Shown here piece after piece: positions 54,873-64,000 of a stretch of 64,000 bases of DNA (its first letter is position 1; the number at the start of each line of letters is the position of its first letter). The notes beneath the pieces were generated by a model, which was not told the origin of the DNA, searched no databases, and saw only the letters and a program-made list of their open reading frames with translations. Source of the DNA: Actinomycetota bacterium (GTDB lineage: Bacteria > Actinomycetota > CADDZG01 > JAHWKV01); the NCBI GenBank assembly GCA_040905365.1, contig JBBDRQ010000080.1, positions 3,326 through 67,325 on the forward strand, read 5' to 3'. Position numbers and translations under genes: made by a program.

Positions 54873-56348
54873 ATGAGCCCGGTGGAGCAGACACTTGCCG
54901 GGCGCTCCTTGCTGGTCGCATCCAACCGGGGCCCGGTCACCTTCCAGGAGGACGATACCGGGCGGATAGTGGCAAGCCGTGGCGCCGGAGGCCTGGTCAC
55001 CGCGCTCACCGAGGTCATGAAGGACGCCTCCGGGCTGTGGGTGGCCTCGGCCATGTCGCCGGGCGACATGGAAATGGTCAAACGGCACCCCGGCGGCCCG
55101 CTCCGGACGCAGGTTGACGGGGCCGACCTGCGACTGCGCTACCTTGCTTTCGACGAGGACACGTTCGGCCGCTATTACAACGGGATTTCCAACTCCATAT
55201 TGTGGTTCATGAACCACAATATGTGGAACCTGCCCATGACCCCGGTTTTCGACGCCCAAACCGCCGGCGACTGGCGAGCTTACCAGCAGGTAAACCGTAC
55301 CTTTGCCGAGGCCCTCGCCGCCGAAGTTTCCGGTCGGGAGTCCACCTCGGAGGTGATGCTACAGGATTACCACCTGTTGCTGACCGCGCGGTACTTAAAG
55401 GACCTGGTGCCCGAGGCGTTCAGCTACCACTTCACGCACACGCCGTGGGCTCAGCCCTCAATGATGTCGGTGCTTCCGGGAACCATGGCCACGGAAATAC
55501 TCGAAGGAATGCTGGCCAACGACCTGCTCGGCTTCCAGTGCCCCCGCTGGTCAACGAACTTCATGTGGTGCTGCCGGCAAATATTAGGTGCGCAGGTCGA
55601 CCTCGAGCGGCAGACCGTCACTTATCGGGAAGCAACCACCGCAGTGCGCGACTACCCGATCTCCGTCGATGCCTCTGCGATGCAGTCGGTAGCTCATTCT
55701 AAGTCCTCCGCTCAGTATCTGGAATGGCTCGAAAAACTCCTCAACGGTCGCAAGCTGGTGCTCAGGATCGACCGGTTCGAGCTGTCCAAGAACATCCTGC
55801 GCGGTTTCACCGGCTTCGCTCAGATGCTAAAGGACCATCCCGAACTAACCGGCAAGGTAGTGCACCTGGCTTTGCTCTACCCTTCCCGAGAAGCCCTGGC
55901 CGAGTACCGGGAGTACGAGGCTCGGGCCGTCGAGCTGGCAGGGCAGATCAACGACGAGCTTGGGACCGACGACTGGCAGCCGATAGTGCTGATCAACGAA
56001 GCCAACTACGTGCGGGCAATCACCAGTTGCCGGCGCTACGACGTACTGATGGTCAACGCCATCAGCGACGGGATGAACCTGGTGGCCAAAGAGGGTCCGG
56101 CGGTCAACGAGGTCGGTGGCACAGTGGTGCTCTCCAGGACCACCGGGGCGTGGGACGAGCTGCGGGAGGGGGTGCTGGGGGTCAATCCCTACGACGTGCA
56201 AGAACTGGCCGATGCCCTGTACCGCGGATTGACCATGCCCGGCCCCGAGCGGCAGCGCCTGGCCGAGAACAATCGGCAGGTCGTCCACGCCAGCACCCCC
56301 CGCAGCTGGGTGCTGAGACAGTTGAGGGACATGGCCCTGCTGGCCTAA
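54873..56348 (+). CDS. otsA: alpha,alpha-trehalose-phosphate synthase (GT20)
   Basis: LLVASNRGP, NSILWFMNH, LQDYHLLL, RIDRFELSKNI and DGMNLVAKE motifs. Confidence 0.9.
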   Translation: MSPVEQTLAGRSLLVASNRGPVTFQEDDTGRIVASRGAGGLVTALTEVMKDASGLWVASAMSPGDMEMVKRHPGGPLRTQVDGADLRLRYLAFDEDTFGRYYNGISNSILWFMNHNMWNLPMTPVFDAQTAGDWRAYQQVNRTFAEALAAEVSGRESTSEVMLQDYHLLLTARYLKDLVPEAFSYHFTHTPWAQPSMMSVLPGTMATEILEGMLANDLLGFQCPRWSTNFMWCCRQILGAQVDLERQTVTYREATTAVRDYPISVDASAMQSVAHSKSSAQYLEWLEKLLNGRKLVLRIDRFELSKNILRGFTGFAQMLKDHPELTGKVVHLALLYPSREALAEYREYEARAVELAGQINDELGTDDWQPIVLINEANYVRAITSCRRYDVLMVNAISDGMNLVAKEGPAVNEVGGTVVLSRTTGAWDELREGVLGVNPYDVQELADALYRGLTMPGPERQRLAENNRQVVHASTPRSWVLRQLRDMALLA

Positions 56349-57229
56349 AGGAACCGCCGCAATAGCGCCACCAGCTCCTCTGGGGAACCCACCTGCAACT
56401 CCGTATTATCGTCCATGCCCTCGGGACTCTCGCTGGAGACGATCCCCACCCTTAACAGGCAGCCGTGGATCAGCCCTGAAGCAGCTCGCATCATCTCCAC
56501 GTCCGCCGAATCGTCCCCCGCCACTACCGCGTTGCGCACCAGGCTTTGGGCCGCCAAGCGCTCGAAAGCGACGGCTTTGGATACCGACCGAGGCTTGAGT
56601 TCCAGGACCTTGCGGCCCACGCCCACCCGAAAGTCGAGCTGCGCAGCACGACGCTGGGCCCACCCGTAAAGCTGCGCCGGCGGGTCGAGCTCGGGCCGGC
56701 GGCGGTAGTGGATGGATACCGCCAGGTCCTTGTACTCCACTTCGCAACCGTCGAGTCCGCTTTCCTCGATAAACCGGCCCGCCTCATCGGCCAGCCGGCG
56801 GGCGCCCCGGCGCCACTCGGCCGCCATGGGGGCCTGGATCAACCGGGAGTCGTGCATCTCTTCGGCGCCGTACAGACCGAAATAGCGAGGCCCGTCCGCA
56901 CCCACCCGGGAGTGAAGGTCCGAGGCGGCCCGGCCGGAGATCATCGCCACAATACGGTAACGAGCAGCCAGCGCCTCAAGAGCATGCGAGCCTCCCGGCA
57001 CTATGCAGGCGGCGGCTGGTTCGGGCACCACCCGGGCCAGCGTCCCGTCAAAATCCAAAAAGAACCCGGTTGCGTCGGGCTCCGCGCGCAGCGCAGCAAT
57101 CGTTCGGTCCAAATCCACACGCCTACGATAGCGCCGTCGCACGCAAGGCCGGCGCCATCCTTTAGACTCCCGAGCGATGAACAAGCTTGCCGGCGCCGCC
57201 TGCGCCCTGGTGATGGTGCTTACGGCCAC
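56345..57229 (-). CDS. otsB: trehalose-phosphatase (HAD)
   Basis: FLDFDGTLA (HAD motif I), ISGR and AGDDSADVEM motifs. These are the longest-ORF coordinates. The GTG at 57118 (VDLDRTIAAL) is a likelier start because the longer form overlaps the divergent gene at 57177. Confidence 0.82.
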   Translation of the reverse strand: MAVSTITRAQAAPASLFIARESKGWRRPCVRRRYRRRVDLDRTIAALRAEPDATGFFLDFDGTLARVVPEPAAACIVPGGSHALEALAARYRIVAMISGRAASDLHSRVGADGPRYFGLYGAEEMHDSRLIQAPMAAEWRRGARRLADEAGRFIEESGLDGCEVEYKDLAVSIHYRRRPELDPPAQLYGWAQRRAAQLDFRVGVGRKVLELKPRSVSKAVAFERLAAQSLVRNAVVAGDDSADVEMMRAASGLIHGCLLRVGIVSSESPEGMDDNTELQVGSPEELVALLRRFL

Positions 57230-57983
57230 CTCCTGCTCAGACGGGAAAATTCCCCTGACCTACTCCTTCGACGAGCCGGAGGGAACCCACTACCTCTGGA
57301 AGGTCGATTCGGCGACGACCATCAACTCCAGCACCGACCAGAGCTCGACGCGTCTGGAGATGGAGATCGAAGTTCACGAACGGATACTGGAGGAATCCGG
57401 CCACGACGACCCAGTTCTGGCCATTACTCTCACCCCTGAGCACCTGCGCCAGGACGGCCAGGAACTTGCGTTACCCGAACCCGTGACGGTTCGGTACCTA
57501 CTCAACCCCGAGGGCCACATCGTTGAGCTCGTCGACACAGACGTCTCCGCGTCGGCGGCGTCCGCTCTGGAGCTCGGCGGTCTGCTGGCACGCAGCCGGA
57601 TCCCGCTGCCGGAGAGTCCGGTAGGAATCGGGGGTACTTGGGACGCACCGCTGGTCCTGGAGGGGCAGACAGGATCGTTTGACATGGAAGGCCAAGGACG
57701 GCTGCTGGGATTCAGCCTGCAAGACCGGCGGCGGCTGGCCGAGATCGAGATAGACCGGTCGGGCGAGGTGACCGGCTTCGAGCAGCTCGCCGGAGTGTTG
57801 GTACAGCTCAGAGGCCGGTCGACCAGTACCACAACCTCCCGCCTGGACATCGACCGCGGGGTGCTGTTGTCCTCTTACTCGGAGTTCTCGACCAGTTTCG
57901 ACATGTCCCGGTTGGAAAGCGGCCAGCTCGCCGGGACTTTGGACGTAAGCCTGACCAGCGAGCTGGAGCTTCAGCCGGAGTAA
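57177..57983 (+). CDS. putative lipoprotein, function unknown
   Basis: MNKLAGAACALVMVLTATSCSDG signal/lipobox-like N-terminus, beta-rich remainder. Confidence 0.55.
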   Translation: MNKLAGAACALVMVLTATSCSDGKIPLTYSFDEPEGTHYLWKVDSATTINSSTDQSSTRLEMEIEVHERILEESGHDDPVLAITLTPEHLRQDGQELALPEPVTVRYLLNPEGHIVELVDTDVSASAASALELGGLLARSRIPLPESPVGIGGTWDAPLVLEGQTGSFDMEGQGRLLGFSLQDRRRLAEIEIDRSGEVTGFEQLAGVLVQLRGRSTSTTTSRLDIDRGVLLSSYSEFSTSFDMSRLESGQLAGTLDVSLTSELELQPE

Positions 57984-58471
57984 TCCTCGCCTACCGCCAC
58001 CGTCACCGGAATGGCCGGGTCCAGGTTCTCGGTTGCCTCCCTCAGCACCTCGGCCTTAAGCAGGCTGGCTATGGTGTTGCCGAGCGGCTCTTGGCCGGGT
58101 TGAAAAAACACAGTCGTCTTCTCGTAAGAACTGACGGCCGGCTCCTGGGCAACGATCTCGTACCCGCTAGCGGTCAGCTTCTGCGCCACGAGCGTGGGCT
58201 TTTCATCGGAAACCGTCCCGTTGAGAACCTGAACAGCCTCGCCCTGCCCGATAACCGGAGACGGGGACGGCTCCTGGGTCGACACCCCCGGCGAACCCTC
58301 GGCGCCGCCGGGCGCCTCCGGCTGACCGCCGGGAGCTTCATCGGCAAACACGAACCGGTAGATTCCAAAACCGACCGCGGCTATGGCCACGACTACCAGT
58401 AGATACCTGAACCCGGCAATGACGACGGCCCGCCAAAAGCCGGGGCTCTCAGGTGCAGAGTGCTTACCCAA
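57971..58471 (-). CDS. LytR_C (LytR cell-envelope-related C-terminal) domain protein
   Basis: N-terminal TM, Pro/Gly linker, then VQVLNGT...LVAQKLTASGYEI...TTVFF pattern. Confidence 0.68.
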   Translation of the reverse strand: MGKHSAPESPGFWRAVVIAGFRYLLVVVAIAAVGFGIYRFVFADEAPGGQPEAPGGAEGSPGVSTQEPSPSPVIGQGEAVQVLNGTVSDEKPTLVAQKLTASGYEIVAQEPAVSSYEKTTVFFQPGQEPLGNTIASLLKAEVLREATENLDPAIPVTVAVGEDYSG

Positions 58472-58483
58472 ATCGGCAGACTC

Positions 58484-58768
58484 TTAGCCGTTCTCGGTGA
58501 GACGAATCCCTAGCCGACGAGCCATCCGCTGCCGCTGCCTGAACGCCCGCAACCGCTGCAGTCGTTTCACCAGTATCGGGTCATGGGCCAGCGCCTCAGG
58601 CATGTCGAGAATCTCACTTAACAAGGTGTAGTAACGGGTGGCGGAAAACTCAAACGTCTCACGGATCGCCCTTTCCTTAGCACCCGCATACTTCCACCAG
58701 TTGCGCTCAAACTCAAGAACTTTCATCTCGCGCTCGCCAAACGCCGAAGCAGGCGCGGAGCTACTCAA
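58484..58768 (-). CDS. DUF3263 domain protein
   Basis: LEFERNWWKYAGAKERAIRETF..SATRYYTLL...DP.LVKRLQRLR is the DUF3263 signature. Confidence 0.75.
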   Translation of the reverse strand: MSSSAPASAFGEREMKVLEFERNWWKYAGAKERAIRETFEFSATRYYTLLSEILDMPEALAHDPILVKRLQRLRAFRQRQRMARRLGIRLTENG

Positions 58769-59065
58769 CGTACCGCCTCCATCGGCTGCGCAAGCGAACT
58801 GGGATAATCACATCGATGTAACTCATCCGGTTCACCTTACGAAAAGCCGACCCTGGAAGCAAGGATTCTCAGTTCCTGCGGGCACCGCGCGGGCCGCCGA
58901 GCTAGTCTGTACACGGAGGTCTACCGAGTTGCCGGGCAGGTCGCCCGGCAGGGCGACGCAGGCACCGTCAGGTGCATGCCGGGCCGCAGGCCCGCATAGG
59001 AACAACCGCCGCCGCAGGCGGCAGCAGTGCGGCGGGGACAGTCGGGGGCGCCAAGCCCCCGACAG

Positions 59066-59142
59066 GCTGGTGTGGCGCAATTCGGCAGCGCAACCGACTT
59101 GTAATCGGTAGGCTCCCGGTTCGAATCCGGGCACCAGCTCCA
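59066..59142 (+). tRNA. tRNA-Thr (anticodon TGT)
   Basis: Acceptor GCTGGTG/CACCAGC, D-arm GCGC AATTCGGCA GCGC, anticodon arm ACCGA CTTGTAA TCGGT, T-arm CCCGG TTCGAAT CCGGG, discriminator T, encoded CCA. Confidence 0.93.
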
Positions 59143-59260
59143 AAGGTCGGAAGCAACCCAGGTTCCAAAACTTCCGAAGAAACCACCGAAACTCCTGACG
59201 TTTCTGCCGATAAGAAAGGGGTTCAAGACCCTTCCTTATTCGCGGACCGGTGAGGAGAGC

Positions 59261-60451
59261 ATGAAAAGAACCCTTGCATACATCGCCCGACGACCGGGTT
59301 CGTACATAGCGCCCGGAGTAGCCCTATTTCTGTTTGGTTCCTTGATGCTGGTATCACTCACGGCTTTCCGCCACACCTCCGACAAACCGACAGCGACAGC
59401 CGATGATCCGGCCGATCGGCGGATAATCATCGTGGACAAAGTCGCCGACCACCTACCCACCCTGTTCCCCGCCGTTCGGGAGCTGCCCGGCGTAACCGCA
59501 ACCGTAGAGTTCAAAAAAGGGACACGATGGTTGTCCTCATGGGTAGCCGACGGATACGGTCCGGCCACGCCGCCGACCGGATACTTCGTTCCCGTCGACG
59601 TTGCCGCCGTCGACCCCAACTTTTACCGTGAGTTTCTGCCCGAGGGCGTCAAGCACCATGCCGACACGCTGGCCGGCGGCGGCGCCATTCTCTCGCAAAC
59701 CTCCTCGGAGCTGCGCGGCATCCCCTCGTCGGGCGGCATCAGCTTCAATAACGGGACCGGGGTCGGGGTCGGGGGCGTGGTGGACGACAGCCTGACCCGC
59801 AACCACGAGATCCTGGTTTCGACCGAGGTCGGGGCACAGCTGGGCCTTGCACAGCAGTACCTGGTGGTTGCGGTCTCCCCCGAGGCCGACGCCGGGGCAA
59901 TCGAAGCTCATATCGACGCGTCCGCACCCCCTGGGGCCGGGGTCCGGGTGCGCGGGTCCGCCGGCACGGGGCTCGAGCCGCTCAGTGCCCTGCTGAGTGT
60001 GGCCGAGCTAAAGCGTGAACTGGGCGAGTTCTCCGCCCGGCCTGCAGCCGGCAGGGCCATCCAGATCCACCAAGGCTGGATTGACAAAAACACTGTCGAG
60101 ACCACCGTGCCCGTGCTCGCCGAACAGTTCCGGTGCCACAAGGTAGTGGTCCGCCAGGTTGAGGCGGCTATGGCCGAGATCCAAAATCGCGGCCTGGGTC
60201 ATCTGGTCGACACAGGCGACTTCGGCGGATGCTTTACGGGCCGCTATATCAGCGCGGGCGGCGACTCCAATCTGTCGCGGCACTCCTGGGGAGCCGCCTT
60301 TGACCTCAACGTCCAAGGCAACCTGTACGGCCGGCAACCCACCATCGACCAGAGAATAGTTGAGATCATCGAGAGCTTTGGGTTCAGCTGGGGTGGGCAT
60401 TGGGACAAACCCGACGGCATGCACTTCGAATTCATCAAAAGGCACCCCTAA
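59261..60451 (+). CDS. M15-family D-Ala-D-Ala carboxypeptidase-like metallopeptidase
   Basis: N-terminal TM. The C-terminal domain has SRHSWGAAFDL...FGFSWGGHWDKPDGMHFEF (H-x6-D...H zinc site). GGAGAG lies upstream of the ATG. Confidence 0.8.
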   Translation: MKRTLAYIARRPGSYIAPGVALFLFGSLMLVSLTAFRHTSDKPTATADDPADRRIIIVDKVADHLPTLFPAVRELPGVTATVEFKKGTRWLSSWVADGYGPATPPTGYFVPVDVAAVDPNFYREFLPEGVKHHADTLAGGGAILSQTSSELRGIPSSGGISFNNGTGVGVGGVVDDSLTRNHEILVSTEVGAQLGLAQQYLVVAVSPEADAGAIEAHIDASAPPGAGVRVRGSAGTGLEPLSALLSVAELKRELGEFSARPAAGRAIQIHQGWIDKNTVETTVPVLAEQFRCHKVVVRQVEAAMAEIQNRGLGHLVDTGDFGGCFTGRYISAGGDSNLSRHSWGAAFDLNVQGNLYGRQPTIDQRIVEIIESFGFSWGGHWDKPDGMHFEFIKRHP

Positions 60452-60560
60452 GACAGCGCCGGCTCGACGGCACACCGCCGGCCGAGAGAGCTGTGACCGA
60501 TTCGTCGAATTCGTCTAGTGTCGACATTAACCAGTCGACTTCGGGGGACAACGCTAACCG

Positions 60561-61904
60561 GTGAACGAATGGATTCTTCTGGGCCTGGCCCTGCTTATGA
60601 TCGCGGCCAACGCCCTGTTCGTCGCTGCGGAATTCTCGCTGGTCACCGTGGACAGGCCGCTCGTGGCCAAAGCTGCAGAGTCGGGCGACACCCGCGCACG
60701 GGGCATCCTGGCGGCACTTAAGTCCCTGTCCACGCAGCTGTCCGGCGCACAGCTCGGCATCACCGTAACCAGCTTGGTCGTGGGTCTGGTCGCCGAGCCC
60801 TCCCTGGCCAGACTTATGCTGGGTCCGTTCCAGACCATTGCGGGCGAATCGGCGGCCGTCGGCTGGGCGTTTGGTGTCGCGCTGTTCATCGCCACGGTTC
60901 TTCAGATGGTGTTCGGCGAGCTGGTTCCCAAGAACCTGGCCATAGCCCGTCCGTACCCGGTCGCCCGAGCGGTATCGGGGCCTCAGCGCGCCTTTACAAC
61001 CGCAACCAAACCAGCCATCGACCTTTTCAACGGCATGGCCAACCGGCTGCTGCGGACGATGGGCGTTGAGCCGGTCGAGGAACTGGCCTCAGCCCGCTCT
61101 GCTCAGGAGCTTGTATCACTGGTACAGCGCTCCAGCGAGCAGGGCACCCTCGATCAGGGCACCGCACGCCTTTTGATTCGCTCGTTCAAGTTCGGCGACC
61201 TGACCGCAGCGGACGTCATGCAACCCCGCCGGCGGATTCGGACCCTCGAAGTGGAGTCGACGGTGGCAGAGTTGATCACCCTGACCCAGGCGACGGGTCA
61301 TTCGCGCTTTCCGGTGCTGGACGAGGGCGTCGACGACCCCGTAGGTCTCGTCCACATCAAACACGCCATCGCCGTACCGGTGGAGGAGCGGAGCAAACGC
61401 AAGGTCGCCGACGTGATGGTGCCACCGGTAATAGTGCTGGAATCCACCGAGTTGGATCCGCTGCTGGATCTGCTGCGCCGGAAGGGCCTGCAGATGGCCA
61501 TAGTCGTTGACGAGTACGGCGGGACCGCCGGTTTGGTGACCCTCGAGGATCTCGTCGAGGAGATAGTCGGAGACATCACCGATGAGCACGACCGCCCCAA
61601 CCCCCACGCCTACCGCCGGCGCGACGGATTGTGGTCCTTGTCCGGGCTGCTTCGGCCGGACGAGGCAAGCGAACTGAGCGGGGTGAGCCTGCCCGCGAGC
61701 GACGACTACGACACGATCGGCGGGCTGTTCACCAGTGAGTTGGGGCGGATACCAAAAGTAGGAGACCAGGTTTGGATCACCATCGACGGCGCCCACGTGG
61801 GCATAACCGTACAGCGCATGGACGCTCTGCGGGTGGACCGGCTGTTGATGGACGCCTCCGAAACCACCGGGCGCCCCGAGGATACGGAGCGCGCCGATGA
61901 ATGA
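60561..61904 (+). CDS. CNNM/hemolysin-family protein (DUF21 + CBS pair + CorC_HlyC)
   Basis: ANALFVAAEFSLV, GELVPKNLA, a CBS pair and a C-terminal CorC-like domain (DDYDTIGGLF). Confidence 0.85.
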   Translation: MNEWILLGLALLMIAANALFVAAEFSLVTVDRPLVAKAAESGDTRARGILAALKSLSTQLSGAQLGITVTSLVVGLVAEPSLARLMLGPFQTIAGESAAVGWAFGVALFIATVLQMVFGELVPKNLAIARPYPVARAVSGPQRAFTTATKPAIDLFNGMANRLLRTMGVEPVEELASARSAQELVSLVQRSSEQGTLDQGTARLLIRSFKFGDLTAADVMQPRRRIRTLEVESTVAELITLTQATGHSRFPVLDEGVDDPVGLVHIKHAIAVPVEERSKRKVADVMVPPVIVLESTELDPLLDLLRRKGLQMAIVVDEYGGTAGLVTLEDLVEEIVGDITDEHDRPNPHAYRRRDGLWSLSGLLRPDEASELSGVSLPASDDYDTIGGLFTSELGRIPKVGDQVWITIDGAHVGITVQRMDALRVDRLLMDASETTGRPEDTERADE

Positions 61905-62943
61905 TGTAACCGCTCTGTTCGTGGCGGTGCTGCTACTGGGGGGAAACGCATTTTTCGTGGGTGCAGAATTTGCTCTGATATCGGCCCGGCGCACCCAGAT
62001 TGAACCTCGAGCGGCGTCGGGGTCCAAGACCGCAAAGATTACGTTGCGAGCCATGGAGAACGTCTCATTGATGATGGCCGGAGCCCAGCTTGGAATCACC
62101 ATGTGCTCACTGGGCTTGGGCGCCGTCGGGGAGCCTGCGGTCGCTCATCTGATCGAAGGTCCGTTCACGGCTTTGGGCATGCCGGAAGCCTTTTTGCACC
62201 CCACCGCATTTGCGATCGCCCTGTCGATAGTCATCCTGCTGCACATGGTGCTGGGAGAGATGGTTCCCAAGAACCTGGCCCTGGCCGCCCCCACCCGTTC
62301 GGCTCTGCTGCTGGGGCCGCCGATCTACGCCATCGTCTTCGTGCTAAAACCCCTCATCCTGGCGCTGAATACCTTCTCCAACGGCGTGGTCCGGTTACTG
62401 AGAACCGAACCCAGAGCCGAAGTTGCCTCTGTTTTTACCCACGAGGAGGTGGCGGCGCTGATCGCCGAATCCCGGCGAGAAGGACTGCTCGGCGCCCGCG
62501 AGCACCAACTGCTCAAGGGAGCGCTGTCTCTTCCCGAGCTCACCGTACGTTCGGTTCTGATTCCGATGGACAAGCTGGTAACGGTTGAGCACGGCGCCAG
62601 CTTCGCCGACGTGGAGGCCAGGTCGTTAGAAACAGGCTTCTCCAGGTTTCCGGTTACCGGCTCCGGAGGCGAGTTGTTGGGTTACCTGCATGTCAAGGAC
62701 GTTCTGGAGATTCAGCAGACCAAGCGACTGCAACCCGTCCCCGAAGATCGCATCCGCCTCATGCCCACCCTGCTCGCCGACGACCTGCTGGACGCCGCGC
62801 TAAAGCAAATGCAGGAGCGGGGCACCCAGATGGCTCAGGTGCACGACGACACCGGTACGCCCTTGGGCGCCGTGGCCATGGAGGACGTTCTGGCCGAGCT
62901 GGTGGGAAGCATCCGCGACGCCATGCAGCACACCGGCAACTGA
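61897..62943 (+). CDS. CNNM/hemolysin-family protein (DUF21 + CBS pair, no CorC domain)
   Basis: GNAFFVGAEFALIS, GEMVPKNLA and a CBS pair. The start overlaps the upstream gene by 8 nt. Confidence 0.8.
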   Translation: MNDVTALFVAVLLLGGNAFFVGAEFALISARRTQIEPRAASGSKTAKITLRAMENVSLMMAGAQLGITMCSLGLGAVGEPAVAHLIEGPFTALGMPEAFLHPTAFAIALSIVILLHMVLGEMVPKNLALAAPTRSALLLGPPIYAIVFVLKPLILALNTFSNGVVRLLRTEPRAEVASVFTHEEVAALIAESRREGLLGAREHQLLKGALSLPELTVRSVLIPMDKLVTVEHGASFADVEARSLETGFSRFPVTGSGGELLGYLHVKDVLEIQQTKRLQPVPEDRIRLMPTLLADDLLDAALKQMQERGTQMAQVHDDTGTPLGAVAMEDVLAELVGSIRDAMQHTGN

Positions 62944-62994
62944 CTACTACCCTGGCCCAGAGTACTAACGGCCGATCGGCCACCGGCGGGGTCG

Positions 62995-64000
62995 CTACAC
63001 TATTCTCGTACCCTGGGGCGTATCTTCGATAACGACGCCCATATCTTTGAGCCGATCCCGGATGGCGTCTGCCCGGGCGAAATCCTTTTCTTGACGAGCC
63101 CGGTTGCGCTGCTCGATCAGCTCATCGATCTCATCCGTAGGCAGGTCCGGCCCTCCCCGGGGTTCGGGGCGCGCGACCGTCCCAATCAACACCGAGGTGA
63201 TCTGGTCCAGCGCTGCGACCAGACCGGCCAGCTGTGCATCATCAACGCCGTCGTCCGCCATCAGCGTGTTGCCGCGACGGATGATCTCCTGCATGATCCC
63301 AAGCGCCACCGGCGTGTTGAAATCGTCGTCCATGGCCTGGGTAAACCGCTCCAGAAACTGCCTGCCCTCCTCCGACAAGTCGCCCGGCCCCGGCGTATCC
63401 CTGCGGAAAGAGTCCAACCGGTCGCTCACCCGCGTAGCCTGCTCCAAAGACGCTTCCCCAAAGTCCACGCCGCTTCGGTAGTTGCCGGCAATCGCCATGA
63501 TGCGCACCACCTGAGGACCAACCTCGGCGATGAGGTCCTTGGCCAGCACCAGGTTGCCGAGCGACTTGGACATCTTCTCGGTGCCCATGTTCACCATGCC
63601 GTTGTGCAGCCAGTAGCGCACGAACGGCTTCTCGCCGGTGGCCGCCTCCGCCTGCGCGATCTCGTTTTCGTGATGCGGGAATACCAGATCGCTTCCGCCG
63701 CCGTGGATGTCGAACCCCATGCCCAGGTACCGCTTGGACATCGCGGAACACTCGATGTGCCATCCGGGCCTACCCGGTCCCCAGGGGCTGTCCCACGCCG
63801 GCTCACCCGGCTTGGCCGCCTTCCAAACCGCAAAATCCAAAGGTTGACGTTTGTTCGGGTCCGGTTCCACCCGTTCGCCGGCCCTCATGTCGGCAAGAGT
63901 CCGTCCGGAGAGCTTTCCGTAGTCGGGAAACTCATCGACCGAGAACCAAACGCTGCCCCCCGCCTCGTACGCAAATCCACGATCGATGAGGCTTTGGATC
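62995..64000 (-). CDS. cysS: cysteine--tRNA ligase (5' end lies outside the window)
   Basis: [18 protein letters not shown] and FNTP motifs. The frame stays open to base 64000 (...[28 protein letters not shown]). Confidence 0.92.
   Translation of the reverse strand, partial: IQSLIDRGFAYEAGGSVWFSVDEFPDYGKLSGRTLADMRAGERVEPDPNKRQPLDFAVWKAAKPGEPAWDSPWGPGRPGWHIECSAMSKRYLGMGFDIHGGGSDLVFPHHENEIAQAEAATGEKPFVRYWLHNGMVNMGTEKMSKSLGNLVLAKDLIAEVGPQVVRIMAIAGNYRSGVDFGEASLEQATRVSDRLDSFRRDTPGPGDLSEEGRQFLERFTQAMDDDFNTPVALGIMQEIIRRGNTLMADDGVDDAQLAGLVAALDQITSVLIGTVARPEPRGGPDLPTDEIDELIEQRNRARQEKDFARADAIRDRLKDMGVVIEDTPQGTRIV

Noticed and set aside
58840-58880. Possible SRP (4.5S) RNA, because of CCUGGAAGCAAGG.
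   Set aside because: It lacks the conserved GGAAGGAAGCAGCC symmetric-loop context and a closing helix, so the resemblance is superficial.
58832-59226. ORFs 58832..59143 (-), 58921..59226 (-) and 58968..59186 (-).
   Set aside because: They run straight through the tRNA-Thr gene and have Arg/Pro/Cys-rich nonsense composition.

Overview
This is a visibly GC-rich, gene-dense chromosomal window of actinobacterial type. The signatures are the Pmt-RsmI-MetG-TatD synteny, a Kgd/OdhA-type 2-oxoglutarate dehydrogenase with a fused E2 domain, an F420 (Ddn-like) nitroreductase, and DUF3263 plus LytR_C next to otsA/otsB. Almost all of it is core metabolism and housekeeping. I saw no transposases, integrases, phage genes or CRISPR arrays.

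Main blocks:
- 0.2-8.3 kb: cpaB-like, fmdB, a GAF-GGDEF cyclase, galU, moaC, pepA, a translin-family gene and tRNA-Ala.
- 8.3-21 kb: envelope and glycan genes (phosphodiester glycosidase, lytic transglycosylase, a translationally coupled GT4 plus amylo-1,6-glucosidase pair, Pmt) and pntAB/pntB.
- 21-39.5 kb: metG, tatD, msrB, kgd, lon, glpX, gdh.
- 39.5-47 kb: a seven-gene caa3-type cytochrome c oxidase operon (ctaC-ctaD-ctaE-ctaF-ctaG-cupredoxin-ctaA::ctaB fusion).
- 47-64 kb: pyrE, a CIRCE-controlled standalone groEL, a SAM-I riboswitch driving a ThrC-like plus CysO-like pair, otsA/otsB, tRNA-Thr, an M15 peptidase, two CNNM-type genes and a truncated cysS.

Most noteworthy observations:
- The S-box-regulated ThrC-like/sulfur-carrier operon is a candidate MetM-MetO homocysteine route that would normally be auto-annotated as threonine synthase.
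- The conserved N-terminus of metG lies upstream of any canonical start codon.
- The CtaA-CtaB fusion carries a CoxII-like transmembrane tail and sits next to a membrane-anchored type-1 cupredoxin.
- pntAB/pntB lack an adjacent pntAA.
- Two unexplained non-coding stretches lie at 6.3-6.75 kb and 58.8-59.07 kb.

All calls come from reading the sequence and ORF translations by eye. No database search was run.
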